Virus record (IMG/VR): IMGVR_UViG_3300045049_000125
Coordinates: 1 to 64,000 of that record
Reading direction: 5' to 3' (one strand)
Length of the DNA stretch: 64,000 bases
Source: a virus
Below, one piece after another: positions 45,266-54,194 of this stretch. The notes under the pieces are model-generated. The model was not told the origin of the DNA. It worked only from the letters and a program-made list of their open reading frames with translations, and ran no database searches. How positions within the stretch are numbered: position 1 is the first letter of the stretch; every line of letters begins with the position of its first letter. The translations under genes were made by a program, and so were the position numbers.

Positions 45266-45492
45266 TACTTCTTACCCTCCTTTTTCCACTGTTCAACGAA
45301 TTCCGTGACGAATTCGATGGAGAGCAGCGCGAGGAACACCGCTGTCAGGATCACCGACGCGAAGAACACGCCCTTGATGACGAGCCATGCCGTCCAGATG
45401 AGAAGGCACACTACCGGAAGGATGACTGCGCAAAGTAGTGTGGACCATACAGCATGCTTGAGCGATTTGAAAACGCGATTGCCAAAGCTCAT
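45265..45492 (-). CDS. Small two-TM membrane protein
   Basis: Hydrophobic stretches; GGAG RBS before MSFGN. Confidence 0.55.
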   Translation of the reverse strand: MSFGNRVFKSLKHAVWSTLLCAVILPVVCLLIWTAWLVIKGVFFASVILTAVFLALLSIEFVTEFVEQWKKEGKK

Positions 45493-45493
45493 A

Positions 45494-47602
45494 TTAGCTC
45501 CAAAAAGAGTCAGAAACGATGTGGTCATCTTTCGTCATCGGCGCTGGACTTAGACCCTCTTCGGTCCAGCGCAGGGAATCACCAGTTATTCGCTTGATGA
45601 CTCCAATGTCTTTCAAAATCTCGTTGGCTCGATAGACGTACTCGTCGTAATTGATGTCATCAGGCATGCTGCCATCCGTGTCCATCAGAGGAATCGCCGC
45701 GTCCGACGAGGGGACGCGCTTCCCTGATTGAGCGTACAGCAAGCAATCGTCATAGTTTCGACCGTAGTAGTAACGCACTACCTTGCCGAGATACAAACGG
45801 AATGGATCGTCTATCTGTCGGTCCGTTCCCCATACCGCTCCGCCAGACACGTTGCGCACGGTAACAAAGTCATACACGTTAGTACAAGATCGAATCGTTT
45901 CCTCAATCGGTATACCTTCCGTCAAGAACTTCTCCACCGCATTCGCGCACACGTTGGCGCCCGGCGTGGTGCTTAGACCCTCCTTGGCATACAGACCCTT
46001 GCGCTTGGCCTCCTTCTTGCCGTCCTTGCCCTTCTTGATGGCGAAATAGGAATTGACGTTTGCGCTGTGAATCGATTCGTATGACGTGTATTCCATTTCA
46101 AACTGGCACGTCTTCTGCCACCACGCGAGAATCTTATCGCGCAGCTCGGCTTGATCGTGACGAGCCTTGATGACGATACCGTCCGTGTTGGCCGAGATGA
46201 CTTGGATGCCCACGGATTCCAGCGCATCAATAAGCATCAGCAATGAAAGCTGTCCGCTCAAGGTCACCTGGATTACAAACTGTGGCGAGTACAGAATAGA
46301 ATACTTGCTACCAAACTTGCCGAACGATGAGTTAATAACGATCTTGAGACTGTCGGCCACGACTTTGTTGCCCGTGGTCTTAGCCTCAAGGCGCGAACGC
46401 ACAATCTCGTCATAGACTATGAGGAAGTCTGGACCCAAATGCTCCGGGTATAGCTTCTGGTTTAGAATGATACGTGGATAGAACGACGCCACATCAGCGT
46501 CAACCAACGTGTATACATCATCCGCGTAGTGGCTTACTTCCTTTTCCGTCGAGTGAATGCCCCCGATGCCCAGGCGATAGACGCTGTTGCCAAGTCGGAT
46601 ATCCATCCCCGAAAGCGACTCGGGCAGGTCGATGTGTCCGCTTTCTCCGACGACGAAGCGCGAAGAACGCACGACTTCGAGCACAGAACGCATTGTTTCT
46701 GAACGATAGGACAGATACGACGGTACGTTATAGGCATACGCAGTTCCGGGATCGATTTGCGGAGGTGTGGGCGAATAACCGGCCTGCCGCTCGAACATGG
46801 TTTTGATGACCTGTTCCGCAATCTGCGCGTCCGACTTGCTCAGCAGATTGATGCCGTATTGATTCGACATCGCAATGCGCAGGTCGATTTCACCCTTGAG
46901 TTTGTTCGCCAGTTCTTCTGTCAAGCGCAAGTCATTGCACATGTAGTAGCGAACAATGGCTTTCTGTTCAAAACTCAAACGAGTTTCCGGAGGAAACGGA
47001 AGGTCTTGCATACGCTGCGTATGCATGCGGCCGCCATAGATTTTAAGGCTATGAAATCCCGGCACGATTTCCTGCAAGTCAATTTGATCTTCCACACGCA
47101 GACGCGGACAACGTGCGCCTTTAAGGATGAGGGACGGGGCAACCTTTCCGACAATCATGTCGTCTGACGCCTTCTTGAGCGTGGCGTTATCCGCGCCGTT
47201 CAGAGCAAGCGCTAGCATGGTCAAGTCATACTTGTCGGAATTAAATCCAATAATTGGAAAACGGTTTAGAATCCACGTTAGCTTAGAGATGTCGAGCGAT
47301 AGCCCATTCTCGGGGTCAAGCTCCATCCAATCCACCTCGCCAGTGCGGCGATTGCGGAAGCCCACAGCGAAATAGTTGGGATAACACTCCGTATCCATCG
47401 ACAGCCAATCACCAGCGGCCAGTGCTTCGCGCCAGGACTTCGGAGTCATTCGGGTGAGTCCTTCCATGCGCGTGGCCTTATCAAGACCGGGGAGGAAGGT
47501 GGGGGCCAGCCAGAACGGTTTGGGTTTGACTTTTTTTGGCTTCACAGCCATTCGTGGCTCGGACCAAAACAGTCCGATCGCATCATGTCGTTCTTTCGCC
47601 AT
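45494..47602 (-). CDS. Family B DNA polymerase with 3'-5' exonuclease domain
   Basis: DTEC, GFNS..YD and Y..ND.. exonuclease motifs; DVASFYP, K...NS.FGK and NTDG polymerase motifs. Confidence 0.9.
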   Translation of the reverse strand: MAKERHDAIGLFWSEPRMAVKPKKVKPKPFWLAPTFLPGLDKATRMEGLTRMTPKSWREALAAGDWLSMDTECYPNYFAVGFRNRRTGEVDWMELDPENGLSLDISKLTWILNRFPIIGFNSDKYDLTMLALALNGADNATLKKASDDMIVGKVAPSLILKGARCPRLRVEDQIDLQEIVPGFHSLKIYGGRMHTQRMQDLPFPPETRLSFEQKAIVRYYMCNDLRLTEELANKLKGEIDLRIAMSNQYGINLLSKSDAQIAEQVIKTMFERQAGYSPTPPQIDPGTAYAYNVPSYLSYRSETMRSVLEVVRSSRFVVGESGHIDLPESLSGMDIRLGNSVYRLGIGGIHSTEKEVSHYADDVYTLVDADVASFYPRIILNQKLYPEHLGPDFLIVYDEIVRSRLEAKTTGNKVVADSLKIVINSSFGKFGSKYSILYSPQFVIQVTLSGQLSLLMLIDALESVGIQVISANTDGIVIKARHDQAELRDKILAWWQKTCQFEMEYTSYESIHSANVNSYFAIKKGKDGKKEAKRKGLYAKEGLSTTPGANVCANAVEKFLTEGIPIEETIRSCTNVYDFVTVRNVSGGAVWGTDRQIDDPFRLYLGKVVRYYYGRNYDDCLLYAQSGKRVPSSDAAIPLMDTDGSMPDDINYDEYVYRANEILKDIGVIKRITGDSLRWTEEGLSPAPMTKDDHIVSDSFWS

Positions 47603-47680
47603 TTTATATTCCTGAGGGTTAGGTGTTTACGCACACTCCGCGCCCGGCGCTATCCCCCGCCGGGTGGGTCGAGCAATGTA

Positions 47681-47968
47681 TTACTTCTTCTTGCGAGCGT
47701 CCATTTCGGCAATGAGCGCTGCCATTTCAGCGCGCTCGCGTTCGATCTTAGCCTTATGCGCAAGACCTCCGGCCATTCCATTTCTGCTGGGCGGGGCGAA
47801 CAGCTCCTTCATGGTGATACCTGGGCGCGCATTCAGGCGTTTCCATAACGCACTTCTGGAACCGGTGTAGCCTTTCGATTGTCCATATTTGAAGAGATGT
47901 TGAAGAGAATTGAAGTACATTCCTTCAACGTGATAGCGAGTGTTAAGAACAAGCCCCGGCATCGTCAC
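47681..47968 (-). CDS. Hypothetical basic protein
   Basis: 95 aa, overlapping the upstream stop codon. Confidence 0.5.
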   Translation of the reverse strand: MTMPGLVLNTRYHVEGMYFNSLQHLFKYGQSKGYTGSRSALWKRLNARPGITMKELFAPPSRNGMAGGLAHKAKIERERAEMAALIAEMDARKKK

Positions 47969-48939
47969 AAACCTCGAATCGGAGTAATCAAACCACGAAT
48001 GCGCACACCGTCTTTCATGCCTTGGAAATAGCCCGGCTTGGGGTATTCGTTGAAATCGATGCGCGTGGCAACCGGACGCACAAGCTTGAGCATGTCGATA
48101 TTAAACGCGCAGTCGGGAAGATCGCCCACCGCGTAGCTCGCGCCTGTGTCGCTGCCAAGATGTGTCGATGCGATGCCGCCCTTGATGAAGATGCGTTTCA
48201 GGTCATCCACGAAGGGTGACAGCGCGTCGAGACTTGCCCACAGCGCGCCCGGCACGCTCTGCAACGTGAGCGGTCGCTTTTTGAACATCTCCGGGATGCC
48301 CTCGGGAAAGCCCTGCTCGCGCAATTGTGTGCGCAGCCAGCGCTGGCCCTCGTAATGGAACGTTACGGACCGCGTGGAGAGCTGGACATGGGTAGGGTGC
48401 TCACCGATGCGCAACAACTCCTTGACGGCCACGGATGGCACATTGGCGGGTGTGGGGAATACCGTCCCGGCTTTGGCCTCCACCAATATCACGTTGTTCG
48501 ATGAGAACACCGATTCGCCTTTAAAATAGACGCCATTGTTCCATGCGTGGTTACTGTCGGTGCCCATGAAGGGCGCCATGATCTTTAGCGTTTCAATCAA
48601 CGCTTTGCCATCGATGGGCGTAGCAATGCCTTCGGGCTCTGGATTTGGGATCGGCGTGTTGTAGCAATTCACAAACACCTTGTACGCGCCCGAGCGGACG
48701 CGCAGCTTGCCGGCCGGCGTCACGGTCAGCTCCACACCCTCATCTTTGCATAGGCCCACCGCCTTGGTTAGCTGCGCAGCGTCGGGCTGTACATCCAAGG
48801 CGGTGGGAATCGGGCAGGACATCGCGACAACGCCATTGAACGCTTTCACGCGGCCATTCTTGATGATGAAGTGAGACAAGGCGCTATCGAACTTCGCCTT
48901 GCCCAGCGATCCGCTTACAAATTTCAATTCCTTGAGCAT
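47965..48939 (-). CDS. Sliding-clamp (DNA pol III beta)-like protein
   Basis: 324 aa from MLKEL; three similar-sized alpha/beta segments with clamp-like NGVYF and FN...L...P.YF patterns; near PolB. Confidence 0.6.
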   Translation of the reverse strand: MLKELKFVSGSLGKAKFDSALSHFIIKNGRVKAFNGVVAMSCPIPTALDVQPDAAQLTKAVGLCKDEGVELTVTPAGKLRVRSGAYKVFVNCYNTPIPNPEPEGIATPIDGKALIETLKIMAPFMGTDSNHAWNNGVYFKGESVFSSNNVILVEAKAGTVFPTPANVPSVAVKELLRIGEHPTHVQLSTRSVTFHYEGQRWLRTQLREQGFPEGIPEMFKKRPLTLQSVPGALWASLDALSPFVDDLKRIFIKGGIASTHLGSDTGASYAVGDLPDCAFNIDMLKLVRPVATRIDFNEYPKPGYFQGMKDGVRIRGLITPIRGL

Positions 48940-48943
48940 GACT

Positions 48944-49354
48944 TTAGTCCGGCATAACGAAGCGAGTGATGCCCTTGTCATATTCTTTAATCCGGGTACA
49001 TGACGGAGCTTCACCCAGCCATCGCCATTCCGTTTTTGTATGGTTTCGCACTGCAACCCGTTCGCAACTTTCCCATGGGAGTAGACCGAAGAACCAACGT
49101 ACTCGCGTGATGGTTTCCTCAAACCAATAGCTCACCGTAGGGCGTGCAACAATGGCCTCGGGTTCGGCACCGCATCGCGGACAGCACTTCCAATCGGCAC
49201 TTGAATCGCTTGCCCAGGGCGAAGCGTTGATGAATGCCCAAAAAGGGGAGCAGTTCATGAGCGCACAATCCGGACACATTTGGGTTACTTTCCAATCTCC
49301 CGTCGCGGTGGTTCGATTTTTGATCGTCGTTGTGATACCTGTCTCTTTCGCCAT
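48944..49354 (-). CDS. Zn-ribbon hypothetical protein
   Basis: CPDC...CCPRCG; GAGG RBS. Confidence 0.55.
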   Translation of the reverse strand: MAKETGITTTIKNRTTATGDWKVTQMCPDCALMNCSPFWAFINASPWASDSSADWKCCPRCGAEPEAIVARPTVSYWFEETITRVRWFFGLLPWESCERVAVRNHTKTEWRWLGEAPSCTRIKEYDKGITRFVMPD

Positions 49355-49400
49355 TGCAAAATCCTCTTTTGGGAGCGTGTACCGTATAGCAGTGTACAGC

Positions 49401-49430
49401 AAAAAGAAAGCCCCTCCGGAGAGGGGCTTT
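49401..49430 (-). terminator. Intrinsic terminator
   Basis: AAAGCCCCTC-cgga-GAGGGGCTTT with a T-tract on the minus strand. Confidence 0.75.
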
Positions 49431-49455
49431 CGATGTCACCGCGCAGGGGTGAGAA

Positions 49456-50325
49456 TTACACGGCGGACTCAGCGGAAGCGGCAGCTTCCACGGGGTACAC
49501 CTTACGTTCCCGCACCTTAATGCCATGGAAACGTCGATAGTTGTAATAAGCCGTCGTCTGCGTCAGCGGCGTGCCGTGATCGGCCAGTCCGCGAATGCGT
49601 TCCGCGTACTCATCAAACGTTGGCATGCGGCCAAGCGCTTCCTTTTCCTTCTCGATGATCGACCACAGATGATTCAGTAGCGAACCCGGCTTCGGTTTGT
49701 AGACGCCGTTCTGCTTTTCGGCCTGACGCTGGGCCGCGTTGGCTTCCCGACGTGCAGCATTCGAGGCGCGTTCAGCGGCGGCAGCTTCCGCCTTTGCCTT
49801 ACGCTCGGCCTTCCGCTTCGCCTTCGCCTCTTCTTCGGCTTGACGCTTCGCGCGACCTTCGGCCAGCTTGGCATCGCGCTTGGCCTTGATTTCGGCCTTC
49901 TCAGCAGCTCGCGCGGCGCGTGCGGCCTGATTGCGTTCCTTGGCTTCGCGCTTCTCACGCTGACGGGCCGTCTCCGGCTTGGCTGGCTTCGTGGTCTCCG
50001 GCTCCGCGCTTACGCTGCCATCCGTGGTATCGCTGGATTCGGTAACGTCGTCATTGCTCACGATTTCGGCGTCGGCCAGGGACACGGTTTCAAAGGTTTC
50101 AACGCGAACATCAGGGGATTGGGTATTTTCTTCGTTCATAGGTGCCTCGGTAGTTTTTCGGATGCTTTCTTGTCCCCGGGCGTCGTTCTCCGGCTGTAGG
50201 TCTGCGAGGTAATGGGCCGACTCTTCGTCAAAAGTCCATCCAAGCTCAGCATCGAACGTCACCAAGTCATCGTTTCCTCGCACAATTTTGCGCAAGGCTC
50301 GTACGGCCTGAATCTTAGTTTGCAT
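49456..50325 (-). CDS. Ala/Arg/Glu-rich putative DNA-binding protein
   Basis: Charged helical middle; C-terminal QNGV..P..GS....LW...Y..YRRFHG domain; start MQTKI after GAGG. Confidence 0.6.
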   Translation of the reverse strand: MQTKIQAVRALRKIVRGNDDLVTFDAELGWTFDEESAHYLADLQPENDARGQESIRKTTEAPMNEENTQSPDVRVETFETVSLADAEIVSNDDVTESSDTTDGSVSAEPETTKPAKPETARQREKREAKERNQAARAARAAEKAEIKAKRDAKLAEGRAKRQAEEEAKAKRKAERKAKAEAAAAERASNAARREANAAQRQAEKQNGVYKPKPGSLLNHLWSIIEKEKEALGRMPTFDEYAERIRGLADHGTPLTQTTAYYNYRRFHGIKVRERKVYPVEAAASAESAV

Positions 50326-50420
50326 GATTGCCTCGGGAAGATTAGATATTACGGAAGTGAAAACGTTAAGTAAAGCATTGTGAAACGAAAACGGGACGTG
50401 TAGATACACGCCCCGTTAGA

Positions 50421-50663
50421 TCATTTCGTGCTAGGCGCGATGACAGGCGTTGCTTTGCAAGCCTGTTCAATTCCGGGAGGATTCCAGCACTGGAATTTAT
50501 AACCTGTGCACAGTTGCTTTAGCTGCGCGTCGCTGGTTGCCTGTGTCAGTGAATCCCCCTCGTGAGGCAAGACGGGCTCCCAGCCGGTGCAGTGATCGAT
50601 AACGGTGACGGTTTCGCAGCCACCAATACACATCAGAGCCGCGATTAGAAACACGTATTTCAT
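50421..50663 (-). CDS. Outer-membrane spanin (o-spanin, Rz1-like)
   Basis: Lipoprotein signal MKYVFLIAALMCIGG-C; coupled to the upstream TM protein. Confidence 0.7.
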   Translation of the reverse strand: MKYVFLIAALMCIGGCETVTVIDHCTGWEPVLPHEGDSLTQATSDAQLKQLCTGYKFQCWNPPGIEQACKATPVIAPSTK

Positions 50664-51022
50664 TTTCGCGCCTGTACCAGAATGTTCAGTCGGCCCGCTG
50701 AACTGTCGGGGTTGGCTTGGTCGAGACGGACGGCGCCCGGGAGGTTTTCCGGCGTGGCGGTTCTCTCACCCAATCGCGATGCCTCGGGCTTGATGTCGAT
50801 CACCGAGATATTCGGCGGTCGCGCCTGAATCATGCTGTTTACGTCGCCGGTCACATTGATGACCTCCCGCAAATCCTTCGATTCGGCGTCCTTCGTGGCC
50901 TGTTCGGCCTTTTGCTTGCCCTTGGTATATGCCTCCCACAAGGCCACTGCCAAGGCCAGCAAAGCAGCCAGCGCAAGGGCAATTTTCGCCTTAGCGCCGG
51001 CCAGTGTTGTGGCTATGCTCAT
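50660..51022 (-). CDS. Inner-membrane spanin (i-spanin, Rz-like)
   Basis: N-terminal TM followed by Y.KG and a coiled coil; directly upstream of a lipoprotein gene. Confidence 0.7.
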   Translation of the reverse strand: MSIATTLAGAKAKIALALAALLALAVALWEAYTKGKQKAEQATKDAESKDLREVINVTGDVNSMIQARPPNISVIDIKPEASRLGERTATPENLPGAVRLDQANPDSSAGRLNILVQARK

Positions 51023-51073
51023 TTGAGATTCCCTCACGCGCCGGGATGGCGCGCGGGGAGTGTACATCACTTC

Positions 51074-51577
51074 TCAGGCCGTACACAGCGGCGGGCACAG
51101 GTCGCCCGGGTCTTGATGCTTGGCGCCGCTCGGGGCCATGCGGAGCGTTCCGTTCGTGTGGTAGTAGCCGATGGAGCTGACCCATTCCCCCGTGTCCCAC
51201 AGGCCAACGGTCACGCCATCAGCGGTCACGCGGAACACGCTGTAGTTAAGTCCCTTGGCCGTGAGACCCATGTCACCGACCTTGTACACGTGCGGCTTCT
51301 CATAGGGAGGGATGAAATACATCACCGCCCAGTCATCCATCGTCTCTTCGACCGTTCTAATGCGGTCCCAATCCCATCCCCGTGGCATATACGGGCCAAG
51401 GACACCCGCTTCGCTACGGTTGAAAAACGCCATTTCAACTTCGCTTTCCCGCACATCGGCGTTGAAACCGCCGTCCCATACACTTGAGACTATGATGACG
51501 CGCCCATTCTTGAGAAATGCTGCCGCACCTACCGTGGGCTTATCTGAGAACGAGGGAACCTTGTCGTGCGGAGTCAT
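51074..51577 (-). CDS. Hypothetical protein
   Basis: 167 aa, ATGA-coupled. Confidence 0.55.
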   Translation of the reverse strand: MTPHDKVPSFSDKPTVGAAAFLKNGRVIIVSSVWDGGFNADVRESEVEMAFFNRSEAGVLGPYMPRGWDWDRIRTVEETMDDWAVMYFIPPYEKPHVYKVGDMGLTAKGLNYSVFRVTADGVTVGLWDTGEWVSSIGYYHTNGTLRMAPSGAKHQDPGDLCPPLCTA

Positions 51578-51951
51578 GCGGCCACACTCGCGCTTTCGCG
51601 CGCCATAGCGATAGCCTCGTCATACTTCGCGAGGACCATTTCATGCGTCGTGGTGGGCGCGTCGTTGAAATCGGCGATGACCATATGGTCTTGCCATTTC
51701 CGTTCAACGATGCGGCTGTTGACGGCCTCCCACAGGCGGCACGCCGCTGCGCTGCGCTCTTCGATGTGTTCCTCGCCCGGGACAACGGCACGGATGGCGC
51801 CGAGCATGCAAAAGCACACTGCCTTTTCCGGACCTTCCTTGGGCGGCACGCGCTGTCCTTCTGCGTCACGCCAAAGCACGCCCTTGGTCCAGTTCTTCGG
51901 GTCCGCGATTTTCGCGCGGGCTTCTTCCAGAATTTGAATTTCGGTTTTCAT
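51574..51951 (-). CDS. Hypothetical protein (DUF6197-like), paralog 1
   Basis: IL..AR..I..P..W.KG...FC.LGAI...FND...TH..VL...D.AI. Confidence 0.65.
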   Translation of the reverse strand: MKTEIQILEEARAKIADPKNWTKGVLWRDAEGQRVPPKEGPEKAVCFCMLGAIRAVVPGEEHIEERSAAACRLWEAVNSRIVERKWQDHMVIADFNDAPTTTHEMVLAKYDEAIAMARESASVAA

Positions 51952-52319
51952 ACTTTCCCCGCGTTGGTGAATTCGAGATGTGCGATAACTTCGTCCAAAA
52001 GCGAAAGGACGGGCCGGACGTTGGATTGAAAATCGTTCCACAAGGCAAGACCGGGAAATTTCTCCGGCGCGTACCGTTCGGCATAACGGCGCGTGAGCCA
52101 ATCGGCAAGCAGCGCTTTGGCGCCGGCTGTGACTTCGATAGGCTCGCCGGCCACCATCGCCTCGCGGTCAATGGCGCCAATGAGGCAGAACCGCAGCGCA
52201 TCGGGGTGGTTCAACGCCACGTGGTTGCCGTAGGCGTCAGATGCGAAATAACCCCGATGCCACGCGCCGGGCAACGACAGCGTGAACCTCGCGCCCTTGA
52301 GGATGTCGAGGGCATCCAT
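51948..52319 (-). CDS. Hypothetical protein (DUF6197-like), paralog 2
   Basis: IL..AR.....P..W.RG...FCLIGAI...WND....VL..LD..I. Confidence 0.65.
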   Translation of the reverse strand: MDALDILKGARFTLSLPGAWHRGYFASDAYGNHVALNHPDALRFCLIGAIDREAMVAGEPIEVTAGAKALLADWLTRRYAERYAPEKFPGLALWNDFQSNVRPVLSLLDEVIAHLEFTNAGKV

Positions 52320-52588
52320 TACAGCAGACCGGCCGCATCGTAGTTGTGTGAAGGGATGGCGTCCTTCACGCGCTTAGCAGCGGCTACGCTGATCTTGTCG
52401 AACAGCGTATTGACACGCGCCTCGCTCAGCGGACCTCCCGCGCTCTTGCGATGCACTTCAATGAGCCCGAGGGTGTGTTTTTTGTAGATCACGTATTCGC
52501 TGTAAGTACGTGATCCACGTTGGAGCCCATCAACACGGGCCATGGCGAAGTAGGGATTTTCACGAATAAACCCGGTCTTGCGTGCCAT
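52319..52588 (-). CDS. Hypothetical protein
   Basis: 89 aa, GAGG RBS. Confidence 0.55.
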   Translation of the reverse strand: MARKTGFIRENPYFAMARVDGLQRGSRTYSEYVIYKKHTLGLIEVHRKSAGGPLSEARVNTLFDKISVAAAKRVKDAIPSHNYDAAGLL

Positions 52589-52609
52589 TTTGAAACGTTC
52601 CTCGGTCTG

Positions 52610-52828
52610 TTAGGCGGCCTGAGCCAGATTGTGAAGGGATTCCCACGACGATTCGCACAGGCGCTGCCACGAACCTTCACCAAAAATCATCTCGTAGGCG
52701 GTTTCCACCTGGATGCCACCCTCTTTGACCATCAGGGCGAGCGTGGTCATGATGACTTTCTGACGGTCGTCAGTCTTAAGCTCGGCGGCGACAGCGTTCA
52801 GGAGATTGCGAGCGGCGGGCGTGGTCAT
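52610..52828 (-). CDS. Hypothetical protein
   Basis: 72 aa after the CACACATTCGGA leader. Confidence 0.6.
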   Translation of the reverse strand: MTTPAARNLLNAVAAELKTDDRQKVIMTTLALMVKEGGIQVETAYEMIFGEGSWQRLCESSWESLHNLAQAA

Positions 52829-52861
52829 GATTGCGAATCCGAATGTGTGGTCGATGGGTGT

Positions 52862-52890
52862 AGATTACAGGCGCGTATTACGCCTGTCAA
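52862..52890 (-). promoter_or_regulatory. sigma70-like promoter with an inverted repeat across the spacer
   Basis: TTGACA-N17-TAATCT; ACAGGCG...CGCCTGT. Confidence 0.7.
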
Positions 52891-52895
52891 CACTT

Positions 52896-53312
52896 TTAGA
52901 CCGAAACTTTTACGTCCACATTCACGGACACTTTCGGAGCCTTCTTGGACGCCTCGTACTCCGCCCACAGGCGCTGTTCACTCGCACGCACCCATTGTTC
53001 GTAATGTGCGGCCTTCTCGGCTTCTCGCCGCTTTTGGTATCCGGGATCGTTTTCACGAATCTCGCGGATTTGGTCCGAAATCAGGTCGTGGAGCAGACTA
53101 AGACCCTCCCGGCTAACCCCTCGGGCGTCCATCAAATAACGATAGTCGAGGCTAATTTGGGCATCCCACAATGAAATGCGGTCATCTCCCGGATAGCGCA
53201 ATCGGAATGCACGAATGGCGAATTTGACGGCCACACGAATTTGGTCGATGGTTGTGCATGACGCAATGACCTCGCAAGCCTTGCGTTCGGCATCGTACTT
53301 GTTGGCGATCAT
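52896..53312 (-). CDS. Hypothetical protein
   Basis: 138 aa, coupled. Confidence 0.55.
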   Translation of the reverse strand: MIANKYDAERKACEVIASCTTIDQIRVAVKFAIRAFRLRYPGDDRISLWDAQISLDYRYLMDARGVSREGLSLLHDLISDQIREIRENDPGYQKRREAEKAAHYEQWVRASEQRLWAEYEASKKAPKVSVNVDVKVSV

Positions 53313-53776
53313 ACGTCGAACCCCAACGCTTTCAGACCGGAAATTCGCGCCTGATGCTCCGGAGAGCCATCCGCCTCGGGAATTACGTATTTGACCTTGC
53401 GGCCGTCATACGCATAGAACATCACATCAATCCCCAGGTAACCGGCGCCCGGTTCCCGGAAGGCGAGACGCAACGGGACAGTCATGCCCCGGCCATTGGG
53501 GCGCCACATCCACCACATGGGTTCGTCGTGGCCCTCCATTCCCCAAGGACCGACGTACCAGCGTTCACCGCAGCACGGGCAATAGCTCGTATCGGTCAGT
53601 TCAAGGATGGATTCCATGCGCTCGCAAGCCGCTTCGGCGCTAGTCGCCTGAATCCACACTCGCGACGCAACATGGTCATCGGAGACATACCGTCCGCCGC
53701 TGTTGTTTTGGTCGAACTCGAACCATTGCAGGCGCACAACCTGCTCATTGGGAGCGATCAAGATATTTTCGGACAT
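53309..53776 (-). CDS. Hypothetical phage protein
   Basis: FDQNNSGG...IQA...CPCCGERW motif. Confidence 0.65.
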   Translation of the reverse strand: MSENILIAPNEQVVRLQWFEFDQNNSGGRYVSDDHVASRVWIQATSAEAACERMESILELTDTSYCPCCGERWYVGPWGMEGHDEPMWWMWRPNGRGMTVPLRLAFREPGAGYLGIDVMFYAYDGRKVKYVIPEADGSPEHQARISGLKALGFDV

Positions 53777-54194
53777 TTAAATTCCTAGGATGACGGAAAA
53801 AAATTTACCGGCCCGATTCGCTAGAGCGAATAGGCAGTCGAGTAAATCCGGATCATGATTCCGCCCGCGCGCTGGGCGACAACCATCAATCTCGGAGGCA
53901 GAAAGGCCATGGCGTTGTTCCTTGATTGTGTGAGTCCGGTTGATCCGCCTTGGGCTACCCGCGTAACGCGGACCTGTACGGTTGTACGGCACTGTTGGGT
54001 AAGTAGAGAGGTTGGGTAGGTGGGTAGGTTCACGGTTCACGCCGAGACGGTGCGCCGGAACTGCCGGCGCCCAGCGTACAACGCTCCACTAACCTTGCTG
54101 CCTGAGGCGGTCACTCGGGGATTCGGTGGACGAGCTATACGACGTTAGTAGATTAGTATTACTAACCTGAATCGATGCTGAACAAATCAAACTT

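Noticed and set aside
25581-49400. LexA SOS boxes at the CTGTA/TACAG motifs
   Set aside because: The spacing does not fit CTGT-N8-ACAG at the sites examined.
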